Source: Hemiscyllium ocellatum (Eukaryota). From it: a stretch of DNA of 64,000 nucleotides. The DNA lies in assembly GCF_020745735.1 (NCBI RefSeq), contig NW_026867509.1:372001-436000 (forward strand), read 5' to 3'. Below the pieces are notes generated by a model. The model ran no database searches, had not been told where the DNA came from, and saw only the letters and a list, made by a program, of their open reading frames with translations. Below, in pieces: positions 49,196 to 59,406 of the stretch (position 1 is its first letter; every line of letters begins with the position of its first letter). Both the position numbers and the translations under genes were made by a program.

Positions 49196-49509
49196 TTGAC
49201 GGAGAGACAGCACGAGTAACTGAAAGCGTGTGATAGGGACAGTGGTCCCTTTCCATTGTAGTTTCAACAAGTGCATGATTGCAGACAGCCAATTGCTGAG
49301 TGTGAGTTTATAAGAACTCACGCCTGGCGTGCTAACTCTGATTTCTCTCCACAGAAGCTGGAAGACCTCCTGAACTTTTCCAGCAGCTTTTGTGTTTGTC
49401 TCCCAGAATATTCTCAGCTGCATTCAGAAAAAGATAGAATGGAAAAAGTGAGGGCTGCACCCACAGCCAGTGACCTGTTGTTTGAACATAGAAAAGTAAT
49501 TGTCATCAG

Positions 49510-50440
49510 CTTGCAAGTTTCCTTACTGAGCTGGTAATTTTTTTCTCAGACGATGTGTCACCTTGGTAAGTAACTCCGATGATGCTCTTGTGTTCTGTCC
49601 CACTTGATATTTATGTGTCTTGGTCTGTTGTGATTGACGGATCATTTCTGGTTCGTTTTCCAAAAGGCTAGAACATGGCGTCCAAATCGATGTGTTCCAG
49701 TTTGAATGCCAGGCCACTTGCAATGCCAGTTGGCGGCTTTGTATAGCCTGTCCAAGAAAGGATGAATTGTCCCAGTCGAATTGGGCTCCCTCTTCATGTG
49801 TGTGTGGATACTGGTGATATAATTTCTGCGTTCTGGCGGCTAGTTGGTGTTCATGCAAACTGGAAGCTAGTTTCTTGCCAGTCTGTACACAGTAACGTTT
49901 GTTGCAATTCTTGAAGGGTGTTTTGTATATGACTTTCCTTTGCTGGTTGGTTGTAAGCCGACCTTTAAATTATCAGGAGCTGTTTCAGTATGGTGGCATG
50001 TTGACCAGAGGCTGCAGTCCTGTTATCCTCATCTCCGAGATGTCTTTAACGTAGAGCAGAGTTGCTGGAGACTCTGGCGTGTTGTGTCTTCTTGTTTAGG
50101 GCTGTCGTGTAGGAACCAGCAGACTGTGCTTTTTGGGTAGCTGGTATTCCTGAATACACTGCATTCTTGTTTTTTACTCGGCTTTTCGTATTCCCTGGGT
50201 GCTGCCACGTGTTATGGCTTGTTTAAACAATGTCCTGATGCTGCTCCATTTGTGGGTGTTCGGAAGATTGCTTCTGCAGTTGAGTATCTGGTCAGTGTGT
50301 GGATCTTTTTTGTAAACGCTGGTCTGTGACTCTCGAATTGCTTTTCATTCTACTGTGACGTCCAGGAAGGGGAGTCTGTTGTTGTTCTCTTCCACTTTGC
50401 TGAACTTTATACTGGTAACGATTTTTTTGATATTGGTGCT
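49510..50440 (-). mobile_element. Penelope-like element, 5'-truncated (RT C-terminus + GIY-YIG endonuclease + 3' end)
   Basis: Minus strand IKFSKVEENNNRLPFLDVTVE...TSVYKKDPHTDQILNCRSNLPNTHKWSSIRTLF, KVIYKTPFKNCNKRYCVQTGKKL...HEHQLA and FDWDNSSFLGQ are diagnostic PLE RT and GIY-YIG motifs. Confidence 0.88.
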
Positions 50441-50790
50441 CTATCACTGGCATCTATACACACAGACGATGATGGACACCAGTTCGACTGGGAAAATGCA
50501 TCCATCCTGGGACAGGTTAATCAAATAAGCACATGGGAATTCCTAGAGGGCTGGCAGTCAAACCACTTACAATCTCCATTAAGAATAATGTTGATTTGGA
50601 CACCATTTACCACCTTACCAGAAAATGAACCGGAAGTGATACCACGAACCACAGTAGACGAATACACAAAAAATGCAAGCTGGAAAATACTGCAGAGCTT
50701 TATCGGAGGCTCACTGATGATGTAACTTAGCATGGTAACAATACGTCAGAGAACAGATCTACCCGCTCAGGGAGTAAACTTACAACCTGA
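50441..50790 (+). mobile_element. Inverted Penelope 3' end (pseudo-LTR)
   Basis: IHTDDDGHQFDWENASILGQ plus a 3' UTR homologous to 49510-49800, in the opposite orientation. Confidence 0.8.
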
Positions 50791-51904
50791 TAAACTACCT
50801 GAGCTACAAATCTCCCCCAACACCGCAAATGACTTGTCATGTTTCAATACTTTGTCTTTTCAATTAAGAGTTCAAGTGGTTCAATTATATCCACACCAAC
50901 GTTTAACCTGGGTAAAAAAAAACGTTTCTGCTTATCAGTTCCATTGCTCCTGTCCTGTTTGGAGAGTGGTGACTGATGCAGCCATTGTGAAACAGCAGAT
51001 AATGTCATGTTCAATCGAGCTGCTGCTTCACACACAGGCAATATCATGGTGTAATATTTAACTCGAAAAACTATAAATGAAATTCATGTCATTTAAATTT
51101 AGAACTGGCACAATTTGATTGAATACATACATACCAGAAATAGAAAAAAAAAACGAAAGAAGAAACCGCAAAAGAAAATCCACGAAAATCTGTAGACCAC
51201 GATGTCAGATGGTGGTGTTCTGGTGATATTAGTCCACCAGCAATCCAGGATGTCAGACTTACGGTTTGCAGGCAGATCACATGGTGAATTTTAAATTCAG
51301 ATGGGAAATTCGCAAGGCATATTCAAGGCAATTATGGAAGAACAACGAATAGTATCTTTCCCAGTGAGACACACATTTCATGTATGTAAGAGTAAAATTA
51401 AAACCGTCAAATGTTGAAAGCATATTCATTCTCATGATTACCACTTAACAAGTAAAACTTTTAAAATTAACTAGCATCATTTTGAGGTGCAGGCTGCACT
51501 TTAAAATATGTTAACTGTCACTCGCAATGGAACTCTGCCCATGTACCTGTATGCGACAATTCTTGTTGGATTTACATTTCTCTGAGAGAAGATATTCGTC
51601 CTCATTTCTGTCTTAAATTCGTGTTGCTTCATTCTAGTATTATGAACTTTTGTTCTACAATCTCTCTTGAATTGGAGATTTCCTTTCAGCATTTGCCCTG
51701 TAAAGATCCATCAGAATCCCATAGGTTTGAATAAGATCTCCCTTCATTCTTTTGAATTCCAGTGTATAGAGGCCAAACCGGTTTAATCTTTGTTCATAAA
51801 AAAAGAACTCTCCAGACCAAGGATCACTCCATTAAACATTTGCTGAATTAACTCCAACAAAATTGTAGCTTGCTGTAAATGAGTCACACGTCTCTATATA
51901 TCAG

Positions 51905-52190
51905 CTGCATGGAGCGGAAATGTCAGTCTACCAGTGCTCGTATGGACTGTAAACAGGACGAAGTGAACTATTTTTCTTCGCTCCACTCAGTTCCCAGACT
52001 TAAATTATTGAAAGTCTGCGTTTAATTCCTGCCCTTGTCCACTTCCATTCATAGCTGCCCCTCTGATGTCTAGAACTTGATTTAAAAAAACGAGCAGTTA
52101 GCTGTTGGACCTTAACTGCTGACTCTGCAACATGCCATTCGGCAGATACTACGAATACTACTCAACATTAACTCAATGTTTGAGATAAAA
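51905..52190 (+). pseudogene. Possible degenerate V relic
   Basis: EMSVYQCSYG...LELDLKKRAVS...TADSATCHSA (cf. ADSATYYCA); RSS not convincing. Confidence 0.3.
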
Positions 52191-52350
52191 AAATTCAAGA
52201 TCAGTTTGCTTTCTGTAAATCCGCATTAAATGCCTGCAAACGTGAGTTCTTTTATAAATTCATTCTTTATAACTGCACCTCTCATAACTTGCAATTCTAC
52301 CTAAACTGTGTGCACTGTTCCACATGCAGGGATCACTGATATCGTTTTAA

Positions 52351-53625
52351 ATGAACTTTCTCTTTATTAGGATTTTTTTCAGTCTGCAGATGATTTGGGT
52401 ACCAATGCATCTTGATAATATATTGAAGTTCTCGATTTCTAATTTTGTTCAGTTAAGGCAGACTTCATCTCACAAGAATCAGTTTCACTGATAAGGTTCA
52501 GTTTTATAAGATTACAAAAGAGTCTAGACCAAGTGGGTCAATGGGCTGAAAATAGCGGATAGATTTCAATTTGTATAAATGTGAGGTAATGCATTTTGGT
52601 GTAAAAGAAAAGATTATGCAATTAATGGTATGGCCTTGGGCTTTACTGTCGAACAGAGCGACATAGAGGTTCAGGTGAATCACTCTTAGCATTTTGCGAC
52701 ACATGTACACAGGGTGGATAAAAATGCGTTTGGCATGCTTGCATTCATTACTCAGGCCTTTGAGTATACAAATAGAGAAGTCATGTTAATTTTATACAGG
52801 GCATACGTGAGGCCTCTTCTGGAAGACTGTGTCCAGTCTCTGTCGCCCATTTTTAAAGAAGGATATTATTTAGCTGGAGACAGTTCAGAAGAGATTTATG
52901 GAGATGTTGCCGGCTATGGAATACTTGAGTTATAACAAAAGACTGTATAGGCTGTGACCGTTTTTTCACTGGACTGGAGGACGTTGAGAGGTGATTTGAT
53001 AGAGGTTTAGAAAATCAAGAGATATATGGATAGAGCAAATGGTAGTTGTCTTTTTGCTCTTGTGAGAGATTTTAAGACAACGTGGCAGATTTATAAGGTA
53101 AAAAGAGGGAGATATAAAAAATCGCAAGAGACAAATTGATTAATGGGGGGTTGAGTGTTTGGAATGATCTTTCTGAGGAAGTTGTAGAAGCGGCTACTTG
53201 AACAATTTTAAAAACATTTGGACAGATACATGAAAAGGAAAACTTTTGATGGACATTCAACAGGAGCAGGCAGACGGGACTAGTTGAGTTTTAGATCATA
53301 TCTGACATGGACTGGTTGCACAGAATGGTCTGTTTCCGTACTTTATGATTCTGTGATTTAGTAACAAATAGTTGCAGTTATTCTATCAGTGCTACTGGAT
53401 ATTTTTTGCATCCATATCGCCAGATTAGCGATAAGGCTCTGACCGAACTAATTTACAACCTTAACGGTGGAGATGCTCTCATTGGTGAGAATGTTGGGCT
53501 CAATTTCCTGCTGATGTCGACCATGTGAAAGGTGAGAGTAACTTCACCATCAGTGAGCTATGGCTGTATTATTAGAGACTGAAAGACACAATACAAAGAA
53601 GCAGAAAGAGCCTCGGAAAAAACAC
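52351..53625 (+). pseudogene. TCR alpha-type V pseudogene split by a CR1 insertion; same family as the 15586 V
   Basis: Leader MNFLFIRIFFSLQMIW 52351-52398; acceptor 52451-52452; KADFISQESVSLIRF [CR1] DLVTNSCSYSISATGYFLHPYRQISDKALTELIYNLNGGDA...DVDHVKGESNFTISEL...YY*RLK; CACAATA 53587-53593, 23 bp, AAAAAACAC. Confidence 0.8.
52505..53358 (+). mobile_element. CR1 3' fragment inserted in a V segment
   Basis: ORF 52714-52935 KNAFGMLAFITQAFEYTNREVMLILYRAYVRPLLEDCVQ; 3' tail ...gtactttatgattctgtga. Confidence 0.85.
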
Positions 53626-54079
53626 TACAGCATTGTTGCAGCATGAGCATCTAAATATTTGAAAAACATTGAATACTAGAACTTAACGATCAAAGTACAT
53701 TCAGACAATACCTTTGCATCACCGCACCCATCTGTTCTAAATAGAGGAGTCAGATTTCAGATTCATATTTCGTCTACTGTGAGGAATTAGCAGGCGAAAC
53801 AGTGCACAATTCTTAAAGCTCCCTTATAATGCCCAGCATAGTGCCGGTTTCTACTGTTCATTCTAACTTTTCCTCTCAGTGTTTAGCTGCTCCTCACATT
53901 GAGTGACAACGGAAAATCTTTCACTCGTGTATCCTATATAAAAGTTTATCGGAATTCACCACTCCACAAAATCAGACTAACTAGTAATAATGAGTGGAAG
54001 AAATCATCCCATCAATCTGAATTCAACAACTGTGTTCATTCACTGAAACGACTTATTTCATATATACATATAATCCCTA

Positions 54080-54240
54080 TATTGTAGAAGCAGGCGATTT
54101 GGCCACCAAGTCCACACAAAACAGAGCAAAGCCTCCCACACAGAGCTACACACCATCCAGCCTCCATGATTCTGGACACTGTGCACAATTTAGTTTTACT
54201 GATCCACCGACGCTGCACATCTTTAGACTGGTGATTAAAT
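54080..54240 (-). mobile_element. SINE fragment
   Basis: gaagcaggcgatttggccaccaagtccacac...cactgtgcacaatttag...tccaccgacgctgcacatctttagactg. Confidence 0.6.
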
Positions 54241-54699
54241 GACCAAGAGGTGTGCCAACTGGATTTCAAGTTGTCTGTCTGGTCACTTAGAGATCAAGCT
54301 GTCCCTCAGGCCAATTGAAGATCAAAGTGTATCTCAGGTCAGTTAGATAGCAAGTTGTTTCGAAATTCAGTGAGCAAGAAAACTGCATCATCAGTCAGTT
54401 AGTGACGATCTGTCTATGTCTGCAAATCAACATAATGCACGAGGCATGTCTCGCTATTGTAATGTAGGAATGGAATCGTGATTATCGACATTAGCAGATT
54501 TGCAGATCCAACAACTTGTCACAAAGCTGGTATTTTCCTCAGAGCTGTTCCTTTTCTCAAGAATACTGTGTCCTTGATTTTTTTTCGGAGGGGTCATAAA
54601 ACCCTCTCCACTCCGAGGCGGCCAATTTGGTGCAGAGATTAAAAAGGATTTTGAGAGATATTTTGTGCATACGTAAACAGATGAGACTTCAGGCCAAAT

Positions 54700-55530
54700 T
54701 GATCATGTCTTAGAAGTGAACTGTATAATGAAAGGGGAGTGACCGGCTGCACAGCTGTGCGGTTTAGTCCAGAACTCGTTAGGAGTCCAGCTGTGTAGAA
54801 ACAGGCTGCCAAACTCTCTCCTTCTGTCCTTCTGACTTCAACCTATAAGCAGCTGTTCCATTGTTACAGCTCTATAAAGAAAGACTCTTATCGGGGCTGT
54901 TGTTTATATACCAAATAGTACAACGAGGTCTAGTTTGAATATACTGAATTCTGTAGCGCTTCTTTTTTGTGTATGTTTCATTGTGTAATTTTGTGAATAA
55001 TTTTGTCTGTGTTGAAACCAGGTATTCAAAGTAGCTAACATACTCCAGGTAATTTTCCCTGTCCACTTAAGCAAACAAATTGCAAAGGTATGGTCGGGGG
55101 TCCCTGCTTAAGCATATTTTGAGAGGTCTGGCCTAGTCCATAACAGATTACAGACTCTTTGCGGGATTTTAAATAGGGAGTGGTAGTTGTCATTGACTTC
55201 ATTTCAGGTATTTGTTTGATTGGGTAGACATAGTTTGGGATTGTAATGATTCTTTCAGTGCCTAAACGTTTTCTGGAAGCGGATGCGGTGATTTTGGAAG
55301 TTTTGCAAAACACGAATAAGACCAAAATGCAGGAATTAGCAGACAAGCATGGATTGGTCCTGGCTGCTTCTGTGAGGAAAGGAGAGATATTTTATACCAG
55401 CACTTCAGCATTTAAACTTGCTGGATAAACCATTAGATTGTAGAGGAATGGCAAGAATTCAATTGCAAAATGAAGCAGCTTTTGTTTGAGGCAGCAGATA
55501 AGGAACAGCGATGAAATTAATATTCAACGA
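54700..55530 (+). mobile_element. LTR-retrotransposon relic (LTR-like + gag N-terminus, Gypsy-like)
   Basis: ORF 55246-55428 LSVPKRFLEADAVILEVLQNTNKTKMQELADKHGLVLAASVRKGEI, then MARIQLQ in another frame, resembles the gag start of a shark Gypsy family as I recall it; LTR-like end ...ggcctagtccataACA near 55144. Confidence 0.55.
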
Positions 55531-56199
55531 ATCTTCAAATTTCTTCACTGTTACTTGATTTTGTCAGACTGTGTCTGCACAGTTAATATCTTCATAAATA
55601 GAGAAAGAAATGGAACTTAATGCTTCCATTCTCACTTATTTCTCAACCATCTTATCAAGCTCAGGGAATATATTGCAATTCGAGATAAAATACAATTAAA
55701 GTGAATATCGCTGACATGTGGGCATTTTGCACCTTGAGAACCTACCAATTAAGTGAGCAGCAGGAACAAGGAATGTGTAAATAATAAGAGACGACATATT
55801 TGCAGACTTTGTAGCAGGTTTGAACAGAGGAAGACGAAGCTGAATTGTTTCAGATCAGAGCATACTTGAGTCGTATCCAGTCTCACTGCCAAGTGGATCT
55901 TTTCTGACAGAATGACAAGTTGACTCTCAATCAGCACATTGACGTTTTCTTATTCAGTCCATTACGTCAAATATATCATCAAAGCAATATTGAAGGCAGG
56001 AGCTCAAGAAGTTCATTTGGCACATTCAATTTGTTAGTCCACCCATTAAGATTCATCTACCTCATGCATACTTTCCAGCATATGTTCCAAATCTGTTTCC
56101 TTTGGCATGTAATAATCCATCAACATAGGAATGACGACTGTTTGGATACTGAATGGGGATGAAACTACTATTTTTAAAATCTCAATTACAGTCAGCGGG

Positions 56200-56860
56200 T
56201 CAGCGACATGTCCATCACGGAAACAGACATTTTCGTCCAACTCATCCAAGCCGTTAAGATATCTTCAGCTAATCTTTTCTCCTTTTAGAGAACTTGGTTC
56301 ATATCCCTCTAAACCATTCCTATTCATACACCAATGCCGATCCCTTTTAATTGTTTTAATTGCATCAGCCTCTACCACGTCCTCTCGCAGCTCACACTAG
56401 GCACGCACCACCCTCTGTGTGAAAAAAATTGCATATTAGGTCCCTTTTAAGTGTTTCCCCTTTTACCATAAATCTACGCTCATGCGTTCTGGACACTTCC
56501 ACCCCAGGGAAAAGATCTTAACTATTTAGCCTGTCCATGCCCATCATGGCTTTATAAACATCTTTCAGGTCACCGGTCAGCCTTTGACAGTTCAGGAAAT
56601 AACAGCCCAGCCTATTCAGCCTCTGCCTATAGAGTCATACGACACAGAAACAGTCCCTTCACTCCAAACACTCCATGTTGATTATCAACCAAAACTAAAC
56701 TAGTCCTAACTACCTTAGCTTGTCCCATATCCCCCCAAAGCTTTCTTATTCATGTCCATTCCAAATGGCATTTTAAAATTGGAATTGTTTGTGCATTCAC
56801 CACTTTGTCTGTCTGTTCATTCCACATACAGACCACCCTCCATCAAAATGTTGCTTCCGT
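56200..56860 (-). mobile_element. CR1 3'-end fragments (antisense)
   Basis: ccctctaaaccattcctattcat...cctctaccacgtcctctcgcagctc...ccaccctctgtgtgaaaaa...ccacccc matches the antisense CR1 3' UTR. Confidence 0.65.
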
Positions 56861-57108
56861 TGCCTTTTGTTTTAATGGAGTCAATCTTTGATTTGAGTTA
56901 ATGATGCGTAATGACGAATGTTGGTGTGGTATCATTGACGGAAAATGCCATTAAATGACTTGCTCGCTGACCGTGAACTGAACATGCAGCTGCTGTCACG
57001 GAGGGACTTAAGGCAAGCTAAACTTTGTATTGGGAATTTGATTGTACTGACAATTCATAATAATAGTCACAGATCTGATACATTGAGGGGAAGTGAGAGT
57101 GTCTCGTC

Positions 57109-57147
57109 TGTTTTTGTACAGGCTGACTGGGTGTCTGAATCAGAGTG
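57109..57147 (-). other. 23-RSS
   Basis: CACTCTG (57141-57147), 23 bp, ACAAAAACA (57109-57117). Confidence 0.85.
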
Positions 57148-57575
57148 GAGCTCAGTGCACAGTGGTAGTCAGCAATGTTAGTCTGACGAGTTCCAGTAAT
57201 TCTTAAAGGGATCTCTTGCCTATCTTCATCTAAGTTAGCAGAAAACCTGTCAAGGAAATCACGGGAGGTAAACCCATCTTCCTTATTGTACCTCTTCAGT
57301 AAACATATCGGAGCTTCGTTGGGATACTGGGTGTACCAGAAGACAGCACGAGCATTAATTTGTAAATACAGTCCAATATTGCCGTTTGTCCTTCCTGAAC
57401 CGTTAATTGAGACGTTTTCTGGGAAATTGAATCTTGACCACTTGCTCCTGAAACAAATATGAAAAGGTGTTAAAATCATGTGCATGAATGTTCCGAAGAA
57501 ACATTCAGTGATGGTTTTGTTCAGACTCACCGGCTACACTGTCATGATTAACAGTAACGCTCTCAGGGAACACAT
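57148..57575 (-). pseudogene. TCR alpha-type V pseudogene
   Basis: Leader MCSLRALLLIMTV*P|GTGAGT (57531-57575, internal TAG); acceptor 57448-57449; ASGQDSISQKTSQLTVQEGQTAILDCIYK, frameshift, INARAVFWYTQYPNEAPICLLKRYNKEDGFTSRDFLDRFSANLDEDRQEIPLRITGTRQTNIADYHCALSS. Confidence 0.92.
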
Positions 57576-59319
57576 GTCTTCAGGATTAACCTCAAATATC
57601 ACATTTTTAAAGATAAACTTTGGCACTTTGTCTTAATTTTTTCCATTCACCCTGTTCAGATTGGTTATGACAGTTATAGCATGGAACTTAAAACCAGGGC
57701 TGCCACAGCACCAAAGACTTCAATCTGATATCAGCGATTAAGCTCATAAAAGGGAAGGACTTTTTTATTAGTCAATTGAGGGGCATTGCACTGTACTGCG
57801 ATTGGTTGGATTCTCAGATCCAACAATGCCAGCGAACCAACTACTATTGACTTAGCGGCTATATCTGCTATCTCTAAGATCAGTGATTTGCATTCGCTGA
57901 GATCAGTAATGGTTTGAATCTTGCCCCAAAGTTACAGAGTCTTTGAGAAGTGGAAACTTCCTCGCAACATCTACAGTGACAACGTTGCTTATGACAATGT
58001 GTGTTTCGTACAGATCAACGCCCAGCTTTGGTTTGCCAATGCTTGAGAAGTATCTCATTTGGTTGTTAGCATATCACATCTCCCACACTAACAGGGAGTG
58101 GTCAGAGGAAGAGAAAATGTGCACAGACGCTTTATTTCCACATTCCTTTTCTGTACATTTTCCCTGTGACTCAGGCTTTTCTGCTTTCCGGATACTGGCA
58201 GCGTAGAGTCAACTTATATGGTAGGTGTTTTCCACAAGATGTTCTATGATATTTTTAATGGAAAATTGCGGGAATGGGGTGGCGAAATCTGTGCCGAATC
58301 AATTCATTTTGACTTCGGGAAAGAGTGATTATGGTGGGTATTTTATTTCACATCCTCCCTGCGTTGGAGTTGACGGCACTTGATGCAAATTTGTCGGAGA
58401 TTTTTAGGAGTATCTAACGTTTTCCTTCTGCTTGATCTTTTCAGGACTTATTGATGAACAATGTCAATGAAAAAAAAAACTTCATGAGGGATACACATAC
58501 AAGGTGAAAATATCCATCATTCGCGATTTGTGCAATCCAGGCTGAACATATTCTTGCGGAAATCTATCTGACCGGTGTAAATGATCACGTACTGTATTGA
58601 TTTAATGACATCTCGACCATAGAACAGAGGCAAAATCAAAACACATCTTTGAATACAGGAGCCATCATAATAACACAATCCACGCTATGACAATGAGAAT
58701 GATTCAGTGGAAAGAAAATACAGTCTATTTTTTTCAGTACTATTTATGAAGAAAATTAAAGTCATTGTTTAAAAGACAGTATTTCACTGAATGGCGCTGT
58801 CAATTTACCCATGTCATCCCTGAAAGCTGTCATTACACGAATCATCTTTGCATCTGGCACTTCGGTCTGTACCATGTGTCAATCAAAATGTCAGCTGGTT
58901 GAAGCCATACCCAGAAATGATTGCTTGAGGTTGTTGGATCCCTGTCAACTCAGTCTGAGGAGTTATATGCAGGAGTTACTCGACCGAATGACAAGAACAC
59001 AGTCCTGTCACCTGCCTCATCAATGACTCTCCTTCCATCACTAGATCAGAGATCACAGGCCCAGGGCCTGAAATTACAGATGTACGGGTTTGTCCCTCAC
59101 TGGTAACATGGCAACAAAGTGTCCCCATTGTCTGATCCTGTGAGACAATGAAGGTTTTGAGCCTTGCTTCGGAACCTTCTGCATTGCATGAAGTCGAAAT
59201 GTTCCATGACGCTCATATAGAATTTAGCACTAATTGTATGCAAATGCAGCTAGACCTGATTGGCATTTGAGCCTGATCCGAAACATTTGCAATACTATCT
59301 TCAACAAAAGATAGCTGCA

Positions 59320-59406
59320 AATGTGTTGCTGGTCAAAGCACAGCAGGTTAGGCAGCATCTCAGGAATAGAGAATTCGACGTTTCGAGCATAAGCCCTTCA
59401 TCAGGA
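59320..59406 (-). repeat. Penelope-end-derived short repeat with an intact hammerhead core
   Basis: Minus strand: CTGATGA-A-GGGC-TTAT-GCTC-GAAAC-GTC at 59377-59404. Confidence 0.7.

Noticed and set aside
50800-51200. Leader-like (V)DFLLRFLLSFFFYF|GTATGT followed by a V- or C-like exon (minus)
   Set aside because: No ATG, an ambiguous framework, and the 3' end abuts the Penelope insertion; cannot be classified.
58900-59200. VTCLINDSPS as an Ig C1-domain relic
   Set aside because: Single weak motif; no Trp, second Cys or splice sites.
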